From NCBI GenBank assembly GCA_947074195.1, contig CAMTOS010000004.1, positions 481 through 64,480 of the forward strand: 64,000 nt of DNA, written 5' to 3'. This stretch comes from an uncultured Bacteroides sp. (GTDB taxonomy: Bacteria > Bacteroidota > Bacteroidia > Bacteroidales > Bacteroidaceae). Positions 1 through 9,811 of the stretch are shown piece after piece (positions within the stretch are counted from its first letter, which is position 1; each line of letters starts with the position of its first letter). Both the position numbers and the translations under genes were made by a program. The notes under the pieces were generated by a model. That model saw nothing but the letters and a program-made list of their open reading frames with translations, did not search any database and was not told the origin of the DNA.

Positions 1-1
1 T

Positions 2-259
2 GAGGTGATCTCGCTAAATCTGCCAGTGACGATAGAGTTCATGGCTAAAGATGAGGCTGCTTCAATCGTCGATTTAAGCAAACTTCCTGAAGATGCAAGC
101 GAAACCTTGCGAATAGTAAAGGTGGGCGATTACGATGCTTGTGCCTGTATTGGTGCGCATGTGGAAAATACATCAGAAATCGGAGTGTTTAAAATCATAA
201 GCTATGATTATAATGATGAACGCCACATTCTTCGTATGCGTTTTAAATTATTAGCTTGA
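2..259 (+). CDS. 3' part of a tRNA-synthetase SAD / AlaX-like editing-domain protein (starts upstream of the window)
   Basis: The frame is open from the window edge. Motif DYDACACIGAHVENTSEIG resembles the C-x-G-x-H Zn-binding motif of the Ala/Thr-RS second additional domain. Confidence 0.65.
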   Translation, partial: EVISLNLPVTIEFMAKDEAASIVDLSKLPEDASETLRIVKVGDYDACACIGAHVENTSEIGVFKIISYDYNDERHILRMRFKLLA

Positions 260-264
260 TAAGT

Positions 265-981
265 TTATTTAGAAGGGAAGAGTGATAATAGTTCCCGGAA
301 CATTTCGTAAGTCATTTCGCTGTTTCTGGAGTTGTAAAAAATCTCCCTTCCGCTTTTTTCAACAAATACAATATAAGGACTATCGTTAGAGGACAGATAC
401 ATCAGGCAACTTCCTCCGCTGTTTAGCTGAAATCGTCCTTTATTGATTCCACCTACCGAAAGACCGTTAAGTCGTCTCGAGATCTGTGGCAAGGAGTCTG
501 TTAGCTTTACACCTGTAAAACTATCTATTGATCTTGTTGTACCAAACATTCCTGTGAATGTGAGTTGATTCTGATTTATCCGGATGGAAGTAGGAGAGAT
601 TCCGTAAAACATAAATAAGCCTACAACGACGATCATTGCCATGCTGATGAAAACAACATATTTTCTGCTCCTTTTATGCTTGTTATGGTCGTATGAATTT
701 GCTTTATAAATAAGAAATGGAATATAGGCGAGTGGAATAAGAATACTTAAGCCTGCCCAGTCAGCATGGCCTATGCCCAGACAAATATAAAAAACCAATA
801 GTGGTGCTATGCCCATGCCAACGAGGCTATAACACATAAAAGTGGAAAGGCCTTTTATATCTACATTTTGTCTTTCATGTTTAGGCAATGTATTATAGCC
901 GCCTATCAGCATCGGGAATCGTTTGATTAATACCCCTATCGCTATCAATATACAAGTAGTAGTGAGTACAGTAGTTTCCAT
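265..981 (-). CDS. DUF3784-like membrane protein with a C-terminal bacterial PH-like domain
   Basis: N-terminal 'LIGGYNTLPKHERQNVDIK' plus about 4 hydrophobic helices. C-terminal 'RRLNGLSVGGINKGRFQL' is typical of bPH domains. Confidence 0.6.
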   Translation of the reverse strand: METTVLTTTCILIAIGVLIKRFPMLIGGYNTLPKHERQNVDIKGLSTFMCYSLVGMGIAPLLVFYICLGIGHADWAGLSILIPLAYIPFLIYKANSYDHNKHKRSRKYVVFISMAMIVVVGLFMFYGISPTSIRINQNQLTFTGMFGTTRSIDSFTGVKLTDSLPQISRRLNGLSVGGINKGRFQLNSGGSCLMYLSSNDSPYIVFVEKSGREIFYNSRNSEMTYEMFRELLSLFPSK

Positions 982-1194
982 CTTTTTAAATGTATATGAA
1001 TTTGTCCGAAAGATAGTTATTTATTTGGAAGGAAAGCATTTAAATTTGAAGAAAATGATAAAGTATTAATGCATTTTTTGCTGAAATTTAAGATTTATGT
1101 TACAAAATATAATTGGTTAAACTATACCGATGATTTTGTGAATGTTTAAAGACTATAATATATAGGTAAGATTTGAAAATAAGATGATTGTACG

Positions 1195-1226
1195 TTTGCC
1201 TGTTTTATATGATTGTATTACCTTTG
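1195..1226 (+). promoter_or_regulatory. Bacteroidetes sigmaA promoter of rpsP
   Basis: TTTG (1195-1198), 20 nt spacer, TACCTTTG (1219-1226), matching the TTTG-N19-21-TAnnTTTG consensus. Confidence 0.75.
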
Positions 1227-1285
1227 CACCGCTATTACGAGATAGTAGCATTAATTCAAATCAATAATTAAAACATTTATTTAAA

Positions 1286-1819
1286 ATGGCAACTAAAATC
1301 AGATTGCAAAGACACGGACGCAAAAGCTATGCGTTCTATTCAATTGTAATTGCAGACAGCAGAGCACCACGTGATGGTAAATTTACAGAGAAGATTGGTA
1401 CTTACAACCCTAATACCGATCCTGCTACAGTAGATTTGAATTTCGAACGCGCTTTACACTGGGTTCTTTCAGGTGCACAACCAACTGACACAGTACGTAA
1501 CATTCTATCTGGCGAAGGTGTTTACATGATGAAACATCTTTTGGGTGGTGTTAAAAAAGGCGCTTTTGGTCAGGCTGAAGCAGATGCTAAGTTTGATGCC
1601 TGGAAAAAAGACAAACAAACTGGCTTGGCTACATTGAAAGCTAAACAGGAAGAAGACAAGAAAGCGAAAGAAAAAGCGGCTCTTGATGCAGAGAAGAAAG
1701 TAAACGAAGCAAAAGCTAAAGCTCTTGCTGAGAAGAAAGCTGCAGAACTTGCTGCTCAGGCAGAAGCTGAAGCTCCTGCAACTGAAGAAGCTCCAGCTGA
1801 AGAAGCTGCTGCTGAATAA
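1286..1819 (+). CDS. rpsP: 30S ribosomal protein S16 with Bacteroidetes Ala/Glu/Lys-rich C-terminal extension
   Basis: [13 protein letters not shown]...[23 protein letters not shown] is the S16 signature. Confidence 0.98.
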   Translation: MATKIRLQRHGRKSYAFYSIVIADSRAPRDGKFTEKIGTYNPNTDPATVDLNFERALHWVLSGAQPTDTVRNILSGEGVYMMKHLLGGVKKGAFGQAEADAKFDAWKKDKQTGLATLKAKQEEDKKAKEKAALDAEKKVNEAKAKALAEKKAAELAAQAEAEAPATEEAPAEEAAAE

Positions 1820-1850
1820 TTCGCAGTCTTTTACAAATGGATTAAAACAG

Positions 1851-1885
1851 CTCCCTTTTGACTTCGGTCGAAAGGGAGTTTTTTT
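1851..1885 (+). terminator. Rho-independent terminator after rpsP
   Basis: CTCCCTTTTGAC-TTCG-GTCGAAAGGGAG hairpin followed by T7. Confidence 0.9.
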
Positions 1886-2065
1886 ATTGCTATAATGGCT
1901 AATCCTTATTTTGTAAAATAGTTTAATCTAAACTGTTCAACTCTTTTTAATTTTTTTTAGTTGTAATGGTTAATTATATCATGTATATTTGAACCAAATA
2001 TAGAAGTTACCTTGCTATATTATTGAAGATTTAGTAAAAGTTAAACAATAAAATAGTTCTAATTT

Positions 2066-3061
2066 ATGGCTGAAACAATTGATATTCGTGAATTGAACGA
2101 AAGAATAGAAAAACAAAGTGCTTTCGTTACTAATCTTATCACCGGTATGGACCAGATTATTGTTGGTCAGAAACATTTGGTAGAATCATTACTTATCGGA
2201 TTGCTTTCGGATGGACACGTGTTACTTGAAGGTGTGCCCGGTCTGGCAAAAACACTTGCAATTAAAACTCTCGCATCTTTAATCCATGCAAAATATAGTC
2301 GTATACAGTTTACACCCGACTTACTTCCTGCCGACGTACTCGGTACAATGGTTTACAGTCAGAAAGATGAAACATTCCAGATAAAGAAAGGTCCTATCTT
2401 CGCAAACTTTATATTGGCCGATGAAATTAACCGTGCTCCTGCTAAAGTACAAAGTGCTTTGCTTGAGTCGATGCAGGAACGTCAGGTTACAATTGGCAAA
2501 GAGACATTCCAGCTTCCTGAACCTTTCCTTGTCCTGGCTACCCAAAATCCAATTGAGCAGGAGGGTACCTATCCGTTGCCTGAAGCACAGGTTGACCGTT
2601 TCATGCTGAAAGTTGTTATCAGCTATCCAAAACCTGAAGAAGAAAAACTGATTATCCGTCAAAATATCAGCGGTGAGAAGTTTGATGTAAAACCTATTCT
2701 TAAAGCAGAGGAAATTCTTGAAGCAAGAAAAGTGGTTCGTCAGGTTTATCTCGATGAAAAGATTGAACGTTATATCGTTGATATCGTATTCGCGACACGT
2801 TTCCCTGAAAAATATGGTTTGAAAGAGCTGAAAGATATGATTGAATTCGGTGGTTCTCCTCGTGCATCTATCAACCTGGCACTGGCAGCCCGTACATATG
2901 CGTTTATCAAACGCCGTGGTTATGTGGTTCCTGAAGATGTTCGTGCTGTAGCACATGATGTACTTCGTCATCGTATCGGATTAAGTTATGAAGCAGAAGC
3001 CAGCAATATGACTTCTGACGAAATTATAAGCAAGATTTTGAATAGCGTTGAAGTACCTTAA
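2066..3061 (+). CDS. moxR: MoxR-family AAA+ ATPase (bat locus)
   Basis: Walker A LEGVPGLAKT, RIQFTPDLLPAD, Walker B ILADEINRA, ATQNPIEQEGTYPLPEAQVDRF. Confidence 0.95.
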   Translation: MAETIDIRELNERIEKQSAFVTNLITGMDQIIVGQKHLVESLLIGLLSDGHVLLEGVPGLAKTLAIKTLASLIHAKYSRIQFTPDLLPADVLGTMVYSQKDETFQIKKGPIFANFILADEINRAPAKVQSALLESMQERQVTIGKETFQLPEPFLVLATQNPIEQEGTYPLPEAQVDRFMLKVVISYPKPEEEKLIIRQNISGEKFDVKPILKAEEILEARKVVRQVYLDEKIERYIVDIVFATRFPEKYGLKELKDMIEFGGSPRASINLALAARTYAFIKRRGYVVPEDVRAVAHDVLRHRIGLSYEAEASNMTSDEIISKILNSVEVP

Positions 3062-3161
3062 TCTTTGATTTGCGGTATTTTATCTTTATTATTTTAAGTA
3101 TCAGCAAGTAGTTGTCTGCTTGCGATGCTTATCAAATTAAATAATTGCTTAACCTCTGCAC

Positions 3162-4031
3162 ATGGAAACAAGTGAGATCTTAAAGAAGGTACGTAAGATA
3201 GAAATCAAGACGCGCGGACTTTCGAATAATATATTTGCCGGTCAGTATCACTCTGCCTTTAAAGGTAGGGGTATGGCGTTTTCTGAAGTACGCGAATATC
3301 AGTTTGGTGACGATATTCGTGATATTGACTGGAACGTGACAGCTCGCTTCAATAAGCCTTATATAAAGGTTTTTGAAGAAGAACGTGAGTTGACTTTGAT
3401 GCTGCTGGTTGATGTTTCGGGTAGTTTGGAATTTGGTACCATAAAACAGCTTAAGCGCGATATGGTTACTGAAATTGCAGCCACACTGGCATTTTCGGCA
3501 ATGTCGAATAATGATAAGATTGGTGTGATTTTCTTTTCTGATCGAATTGAAAAATTTATTCCTCCCAAAAAGGGAAGGAAACATATCTTATGCATCATTC
3601 GCGAATTAATCGATTTCAGACCTGAGAGTCAGCTGACAAACATTAAAATGGCGCTGGAGTATCTGACAAATGTCATGAAGAGACGGTGCACTGCTTTTGT
3701 TTTATCTGATTTTATTGATAAAGAAAACTTTCGCAATGCAATGACTATTGCTAATCGTAAACACGATTTGGTGGCCGTGCAGATATATGACAGACGTGTT
3801 GCTGAATTACCGCCTGTAGGATTAATGAAGGTAAAAGATGCAGAAACTGGCGTGGAACAATGGATTGATACTTCTTCGAAGGCCGTTAGAAATGCTCATT
3901 ACAGCTGGTGGATGAACAGACAGGCAGAACTGAATGATACGTTCACTAAGAGTAATGTAGATTCTGTATCTGTCAGAACAGATCAGGATTATGTGAAAGC
4001 GCTTCTAAACTTGTTTGCTAAACGTAATTGA
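3162..4031 (+). CDS. DUF58 family (VWA-like) protein
   Basis: FSEVREYQFGDDIRDIDWNVTAR motif, LLVDVSGS; position directly after moxR. Confidence 0.92.
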   Translation: METSEILKKVRKIEIKTRGLSNNIFAGQYHSAFKGRGMAFSEVREYQFGDDIRDIDWNVTARFNKPYIKVFEEERELTLMLLVDVSGSLEFGTIKQLKRDMVTEIAATLAFSAMSNNDKIGVIFFSDRIEKFIPPKKGRKHILCIIRELIDFRPESQLTNIKMALEYLTNVMKRRCTAFVLSDFIDKENFRNAMTIANRKHDLVAVQIYDRRVAELPPVGLMKVKDAETGVEQWIDTSSKAVRNAHYSWWMNRQAELNDTFTKSNVDSVSVRTDQDYVKALLNLFAKRN

Positions 4032-4041
4032 TGGATTGAAT

Positions 4042-5121
4042 ATGAAAAAATATCTTATTCTTATATTATTTACTCTATGTTTTATTCCCAAAGGATCAGC
4101 GCAATCTGTTACGGTAGATGCGACAATTGATTCTTTGCAGATCATGATCGGTGAGCAAACTGCAATTAATCTGCAGGTATCTATGGATGCCAATCAGCAT
4201 GCAGTTTTTCCTGCATATATCGATACTTTGATTCGGGGAGTGGAGATTATAGATGTTCAAAAGCCTGATACGCAATATCTGAATGATAAGCGCAGAATGC
4301 TGATAACACAATCTTATATTGTTACTTCATTTGATTCGGCTTTGTATTATCTGCCACCAATGCAGGTAGAAGTCGATAATCAAACCTATGCATCAAATCC
4401 ACTCGCACTGAAAGTTTATTCTTATTCTATTCCATTGGATTCGCTTAATCCTGATTATTTCTTTGGTCAGAAAGCGAATATGAAACCTGATTTTGTGATT
4501 GGTGACTGGATTGGATTGATTATCTGTGCATTTCTTGTCATTCCGATATTGATCTTATTGATTTATCTGTGTAAACGATTGAGTGACAATAAACCGATTA
4601 TCAGAAAAGTGAAGGTTGAACCTAAAGTTCCTCCTCATCAGGCTGCCATGTCTGCTATTGAAAAGATAAAGAATGAGAAAGTCTGGAAGACAGGCGATCC
4701 GAAAGCATATTATACGCAATTGACTGATGTTATCCGTACTTATATTCGCGATCGTTTCGGATTCAATGCACTGGAAATGACTTCGGCTGAGATTCTGGAT
4801 CAGCTAAATAAAGAAACCGATAAAGATGCATTAAAGGATTTGAAAGATTTATTGCTGACTGCCGACCTTGTGAAGTTTGCAAAACATAATCCGATGATTA
4901 ACGAAAATGATGCGAATCTGGTAAATGCAATCGACTTTATTGATGAAACAAAGAATCCTGAAGATGAGAATAAAACACCTCAGCCTACAGAGATAACGAT
5001 TATAGAGAAGCGTTCTTTGCGTGCTAAAATACTTTTAATCGCAGGAATTGTTGTGGTTGGCGCAGCTTTGGCTTTCTCTGTCATCTTTGTCTGTGTACAG
5101 CTTTATCATCTGTTCTCTTAA
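4042..5121 (+). CDS. Conserved bat-locus membrane protein (BatD-like N-terminal domain), start probably ATG 4042
   Basis: Signal peptide MKKYLILILF..., internal and C-terminal TM segments, LADLVKFAK-type motif; lies between DUF58 and batA. Confidence 0.8.
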   Translation: MKKYLILILFTLCFIPKGSAQSVTVDATIDSLQIMIGEQTAINLQVSMDANQHAVFPAYIDTLIRGVEIIDVQKPDTQYLNDKRRMLITQSYIVTSFDSALYYLPPMQVEVDNQTYASNPLALKVYSYSIPLDSLNPDYFFGQKANMKPDFVIGDWIGLIICAFLVIPILILLIYLCKRLSDNKPIIRKVKVEPKVPPHQAAMSAIEKIKNEKVWKTGDPKAYYTQLTDVIRTYIRDRFGFNALEMTSAEILDQLNKETDKDALKDLKDLLLTADLVKFAKHNPMINENDANLVNAIDFIDETKNPEDENKTPQPTEITIIEKRSLRAKILLIAGIVVVGAALAFSVIFVCVQLYHLFS

Positions 5122-5154
5122 ATCTGATTACAAACAAACTTAAATTTGATTAGA

Positions 5155-6138
5155 ATGGTTTTTGCCAATTTTGCATATTTATTTCTATTGATATTATTAA
5201 TACCATATATTGTATGGTATATAATGAAATGGAAGAAAAGTCAGGCTACACTTCAGGTCTCTGACGCAAGCATTTATGCCAATGCGCCAAAGAGCTATAA
5301 GAACTACCTGCTACATGTTCCGTTCATTTTACGAATCATTGCTCTGGTCATGCTTATTTTTGTACTGACACGCCCTCAGTCTACTGATCGTTGGCAAAAT
5401 AGTGAAATAGAAGGTATTGATATTATGCTTGCTATCGACGTGTCGACAAGTATGCTTGCCGAAGATTTAAAACCTAATCGTCTTGAAGCAACTAAGGATG
5501 TTGCAGCATCTTTTATAAATGGTCGCCCAAACGATAATATTGGTATTACGATTTTTGCCGGTGAGAGTTTCACACAAACGCCTCTGACAGTCGATCATAC
5601 TGTATTATCAAGTATGGTTAATAACATAGCCACGGGTATGATTGAGGATGGTACTGCAATCGGTATGGGTATTGCCAATGCGGTAACACGCTTGAAAGAC
5701 AGTAAAGCTAAATCTAAAGTAATTATTCTTTTAACAGATGGTGTCAATAATATGGGTGATATATCGCCTATGACTGCCGCTGAAATTGCAAAAAGCTTTG
5801 GTATTCGTGTTTATACCATCGGTGTAGGTACAAATGGCACTGCGCCATATCCTTATCCGGTAGGTAATATGGTTCAATATGTCAATGTACCTGTCGAAAT
5901 TGATGAAAATACATTGACAAAAATTGCCAAAACAACGGACGCAAATTATTATCGTGCAACAAGTAACTCGAAATTAAAAGAAGTATACGAAGAGATTGAT
6001 AAACTCGAAAGAACTAAACTGAATGTGAAAGAGTACAGTAACCGTCAGGAAGAATTCAGATGGTTTGCTATTGTTGCTCTTCTCTGTATTTTGCTCGAAG
6101 TTTTGCTTCGTAATTCTATATTGAAAAAGTTACCTTAA
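5155..6138 (+). CDS. batA: BatA, VWA-domain aerotolerance protein
   Basis: N-terminal BatA TM segment, MIDAS DVSTS, GTAIGMG, IILLTDGVNN, VYTIGVG. Confidence 0.92.
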   Translation: MVFANFAYLFLLILLIPYIVWYIMKWKKSQATLQVSDASIYANAPKSYKNYLLHVPFILRIIALVMLIFVLTRPQSTDRWQNSEIEGIDIMLAIDVSTSMLAEDLKPNRLEATKDVAASFINGRPNDNIGITIFAGESFTQTPLTVDHTVLSSMVNNIATGMIEDGTAIGMGIANAVTRLKDSKAKSKVIILLTDGVNNMGDISPMTAAEIAKSFGIRVYTIGVGTNGTAPYPYPVGNMVQYVNVPVEIDENTLTKIAKTTDANYYRATSNSKLKEVYEEIDKLERTKLNVKEYSNRQEEFRWFAIVALLCILLEVLLRNSILKKLP

Positions 6139-6152
6139 AATTTTGATGGCTT

Positions 6153-7178
6153 ATGTTTCGATTTGAAGAACCGAACTTTTTATATTTACTATTTTTAGTT
6201 CCTCTTTATCTGATTGGATATATCTATTCCAATTATTTAAAAAGAAAGAGGTTGCGTGAATTCGGTGATCCTGAGTTGATGCGACAACTTATGCCCGGTG
6301 TTTCGAGATTTCGCCCTGATGTGAAATTCGGACTTATTCTGGGTGCTATATTCCTTTTTCCATTTTTACTTGCCCGACCTCAGTTTGGGTCAAAACTGGA
6401 AACAACAAAGAAAAAAGGTATTGAGGTTATTATCGCTCTTGATATCTCAAACTCAATGCTGGCACAGGATATTCAGCCTTCACGTCTTGAAAGAGCAAAG
6501 CGTATTATTTCCAGACTCGTTGATGGCATGGAGAATGATAAAATTGGTTTAGTGGTTTTTGCCGGTGACGCATTTACGCAATTGCCTATAACCAGCGATT
6601 ATATTTCGGCAAAGATGTTTTTATCATCTATTCACCCGTCTTTAATATCTAAACAGGGTACTGCTATCGGGGCGGCAATTAATCTGGCTGCACGCAGTTT
6701 TACTCCCCAGGAAGGAGTAGGGCGTTCAATTATTCTGATTACCGATGGCGAAAATCATGAAGGTGATGCCATGGAAGCTGCAAAAGCTGCTGCCGCCAAA
6801 GGAATTCAGGTTAATGTGATGGGTATTGGTATGCCCGAAGGTGGACCTATTCCGATAGAAGGAACCAATGATTTCCGTCGTGACCGTGAAGGAAATGTTG
6901 TTGTTACCCGCCTGAACGAGCAGATGTGTCAGGAAATAGCTAAAGCCGGAAACGGGGTGTATGTTCGTGTCGATAACTCGAATTCAGCACAGCGTGCCAT
7001 TGAGCAGGAAGTAGACAAACTGGCTAAATCTGATATTGAAACGAAAGTTTACTCAGAATACAATGAACAGTTTCAGGTATTTGCCTGGGTTATTCTCCTT
7101 TTACTATTGGCAGATATACTGATTCTTGAACGTAAGAATCCACTCTTTAGAAACATTCATTTATTCTCTAAAAAATGA
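6153..7178 (+). CDS. batB: BatB, VWA-domain protein
   Basis: LARPQFG, DISNSMLAQD, GTAIGAAI, LITDGENHEG. Confidence 0.92.
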   Translation: MFRFEEPNFLYLLFLVPLYLIGYIYSNYLKRKRLREFGDPELMRQLMPGVSRFRPDVKFGLILGAIFLFPFLLARPQFGSKLETTKKKGIEVIIALDISNSMLAQDIQPSRLERAKRIISRLVDGMENDKIGLVVFAGDAFTQLPITSDYISAKMFLSSIHPSLISKQGTAIGAAINLAARSFTPQEGVGRSIILITDGENHEGDAMEAAKAAAAKGIQVNVMGIGMPEGGPIPIEGTNDFRRDREGNVVVTRLNEQMCQEIAKAGNGVYVRVDNSNSAQRAIEQEVDKLAKSDIETKVYSEYNEQFQVFAWVILLLLLADILILERKNPLFRNIHLFSKK

Positions 7179-7182
7179 TGAT

Positions 7183-7917
7183 ATGCAGATGAATAAGAAA
7201 TATATATTGTTATTGATTTGTAGTTTTATAAGTATTGCCACTTTTGCGCAGAAAGAAGAACGTGACTTCCTTCGCAAAGGGAACAGACAATATAAAGATA
7301 GTTTGTTTATTGATGCTGAAGTGAGTTACCGCAAAGCGCTTGAAGCAAATCCGATGTCTTCGACAGCGGTATATAATATCGGTAATGCATTGACTCAGCA
7401 GGAAAAATATGAAGAAGCTATTAGTCAATATGCTGATGCTGCTAAATTAGAAGAAAGCAGACAATTGGAGCGTGATAAAATGAAACTTGCTCATATCTAT
7501 CATAATATGGGGGTTATTTTTCAGGCAGGTCAGGATTATGCTAAAGCAATTGAGGCTTATAAGATGTCTTTAAGGAACAATCCGAAAGACGATGAGACTA
7601 GATACAATCTGGCACTTGCCCAAAAACAATTGCAGGATCAGCAGGATCAGAACCAGGACCAAAATCAGGATGATCAGAATCAGGATCAGAATGAAGATCA
7701 GGAACAGGAACAAGAACAAGAACAAAATCAAGACCAGAACCAGGATCAGCAGGATCAAAATCAGGATCAGTCGCAACCTGAGAATAACGAAAATGAAATG
7801 TCTCGTGAGAATGCTGAACAGTTACTCAATGCTGTAATGCAGGATGAAAAAGAGACTCAGGAAAAGATGCAGAAGCAACAAGTGATTCAGGGTTCTCGTT
7901 TAGAGAAAGACTGGTAA
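7183..7917 (+). CDS. batC: BatC, TPR protein with Gln/Asn/Asp-rich linker
   Basis: TPR-like repeats (YNIGNAL, YHNMGVIF, YNLALAQ), QDQ low-complexity tract, C-terminal EKDW. Confidence 0.9.
   Translation: MQMNKKYILLLICSFISIATFAQKEERDFLRKGNRQYKDSLFIDAEVSYRKALEANPMSSTAVYNIGNALTQQEKYEEAISQYADAAKLEESRQLERDKMKLAHIYHNMGVIFQAGQDYAKAIEAYKMSLRNNPKDDETRYNLALAQKQLQDQQDQNQDQNQDDQNQDQNEDQEQEQEQEQNQDQNQDQQDQNQDQSQPENNENEMSRENAEQLLNAVMQDEKETQEKMQKQQVIQGSRLEKDW
7633..7770 (+). repeat. Low-complexity CAG/GAT/AAC-rich coding repeat (QDQNQD / EQEQ) in batC
   Basis: Direct reading: caggatcagcaggatcagaaccaggaccaaaatcaggat... Confidence 0.85.
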
Positions 7918-7963
7918 TTGGTATTCAATTTTAATTTAAAAAGACTTTAATAATACAGGAACA

Positions 7964-9796
7964 ATGAGAAAACTGATTTTCTTATTTATAACTTTAACTA
8001 CTATCGCTCTTAACGCTTATGCCGATGAGGTTTCATTTGTAGCAAGCGGACCTGATGTTGTTGTAGCCGGAGAACGATTCAGAATTTCATATAAATTCAA
8101 TACGCAAAAGGTTAAAGACTTCAGAGCGCCATCTATGAAAGGATTCGAAGTTTTGATGGGACCATCAAGAAGCACTTATTCGAATACTCAAATCGTTAAT
8201 GGTTCTATGCAGTCTGAGTCGGGTGTTACTTTTACTTATGTGCTTTTGGCAAGCGAACCGGGAGATTATAATATTCCCGGCGCAACTGCTACGGCCAATG
8301 GTAATCAGGCAATATCTAATGCATTGAAGATAAAAGTTCTTCCACCAGATACACCTGCAGGAAGTGTTTCATCTTCTTCAGCCGGTCAAAGCGGGAATGC
8401 ATCGTCTTCAAATAATCAGTCTGTATCTAATCAGGAGGTTTTTGTTACAGCCAATGTCACTAAGACAAAGGTTTATGAGCAGGAAGCATTCATGCTGACT
8501 TATAAGATATATTCTCTTGAATCACGAATGACACTTGAGAATGTACGTCTGCCAGATTTCAAAGGTTTTCATCAACAGGAAATCGAACGTCCTACTCATG
8601 CCACATGGACTCAGGAACACTATAAAGGGCGCAATTATTTTACTATAGTTTATCGTCAGTTTGTATTGTTTCCACAACAAAGTGGTGAGTTAACCATCGA
8701 TCCTGCCCGTTTTGATGTTGCTATCGAAAAAGTGGTAAGAAGTGCCGACCCCTTCGATGCTTTCTTTAATGGCGGATCTAATGTGGTTGCAGTAAAGAAA
8801 GCTGTTTCTACACCTGCTATTAAAATTGATGTATTGCCATTACCATCGGGTAAACCAGCTGATTTCTCTGGTGCTGTTGGTGATTTCTCAATATCCTCAA
8901 CAATTAATACTCAAGAATTAAAAACGAATGATGCTATTACCTTGAAATTGATTATTTCCGGAACGGGAAATATGAAACTTATTGGTAATCCTGATGTTAA
9001 ATTCCCGGAAAGCTTTGAGGTTTATGAACCAAAAGTGGACAATCAAATGCGTCTTACATCAACCGGTCTGACTGGAAATAAAGTTGTGGAATATCTGGCC
9101 ATCCCAAGACATGCCGGCGATTACACGATTCCTCCGGTTTCATTCAGTTATTTCGATTTGAAAAGTAAATCTTACAAAACTCTGACGACTCAGGCATATC
9201 CCGTTCAGGTTGAGAAAGGTGCTGGAAATGCCGATAATGTAGTAGCAAACTTCACGAATAAAGAAGATCTAAAAATTCTTGGAGAAGACATTCGCTTTAT
9301 CAAATTGAATAATGTCGAATTGTTGCCACGCAATGAATTCTTCTTTGGCTCATGGATTTACTGGTTGTGTTATATCGTACCATTCCTTGCGTTTGCATTA
9401 TTCTTTATTTTCCATTACAAGCAGGCTAAGGAAAATGCGAATGTTGCTAAGGTACGTACCAAAAAAGCCAATAAAGTAGCTGTAAAACGTATGAAAGTTG
9501 CCGGTAAACTTCTTGCTGAGAATAAAAAGGAATTATTCTATGATGAAGTTCTGAAAGCACTTTGGGGATATGTAAGTGATAAATTGAACATTCCTGTTGC
9601 AAAACTTTCAAAGAGCAATGTAGAAGATAAACTGCAGAAACGTGGTGTGAACGATGAATTAATTAAAGAGTTTATCGATGCACTGAATGAATGTGAATTT
9701 GCACGCTATGCGCCTGGTGATGAAAATAAAGCCATGGATAATGTTTATGCTACATCATTGAATGTGATTACTAAAATGGAAAATTCAATCAAATAA
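7964..9796 (+). CDS. batD: BatD, oxygen-tolerance protein
   Basis: Signal peptide, repeated beta-rich BatD domains, one TM near the C-terminus, C-terminal CEFARYAP motif. Confidence 0.9.
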   Translation: MRKLIFLFITLTTIALNAYADEVSFVASGPDVVVAGERFRISYKFNTQKVKDFRAPSMKGFEVLMGPSRSTYSNTQIVNGSMQSESGVTFTYVLLASEPGDYNIPGATATANGNQAISNALKIKVLPPDTPAGSVSSSSAGQSGNASSSNNQSVSNQEVFVTANVTKTKVYEQEAFMLTYKIYSLESRMTLENVRLPDFKGFHQQEIERPTHATWTQEHYKGRNYFTIVYRQFVLFPQQSGELTIDPARFDVAIEKVVRSADPFDAFFNGGSNVVAVKKAVSTPAIKIDVLPLPSGKPADFSGAVGDFSISSTINTQELKTNDAITLKLIISGTGNMKLIGNPDVKFPESFEVYEPKVDNQMRLTSTGLTGNKVVEYLAIPRHAGDYTIPPVSFSYFDLKSKSYKTLTTQAYPVQVEKGAGNADNVVANFTNKEDLKILGEDIRFIKLNNVELLPRNEFFFGSWIYWLCYIVPFLAFALFFIFHYKQAKENANVAKVRTKKANKVAVKRMKVAGKLLAENKKELFYDEVLKALWGYVSDKLNIPVAKLSKSNVEDKLQKRGVNDELIKEFIDALNECEFARYAPGDENKAMDNVYATSLNVITKMENSIK

Positions 9797-9811
9797 TAAT
9801 AACTTAGAATA

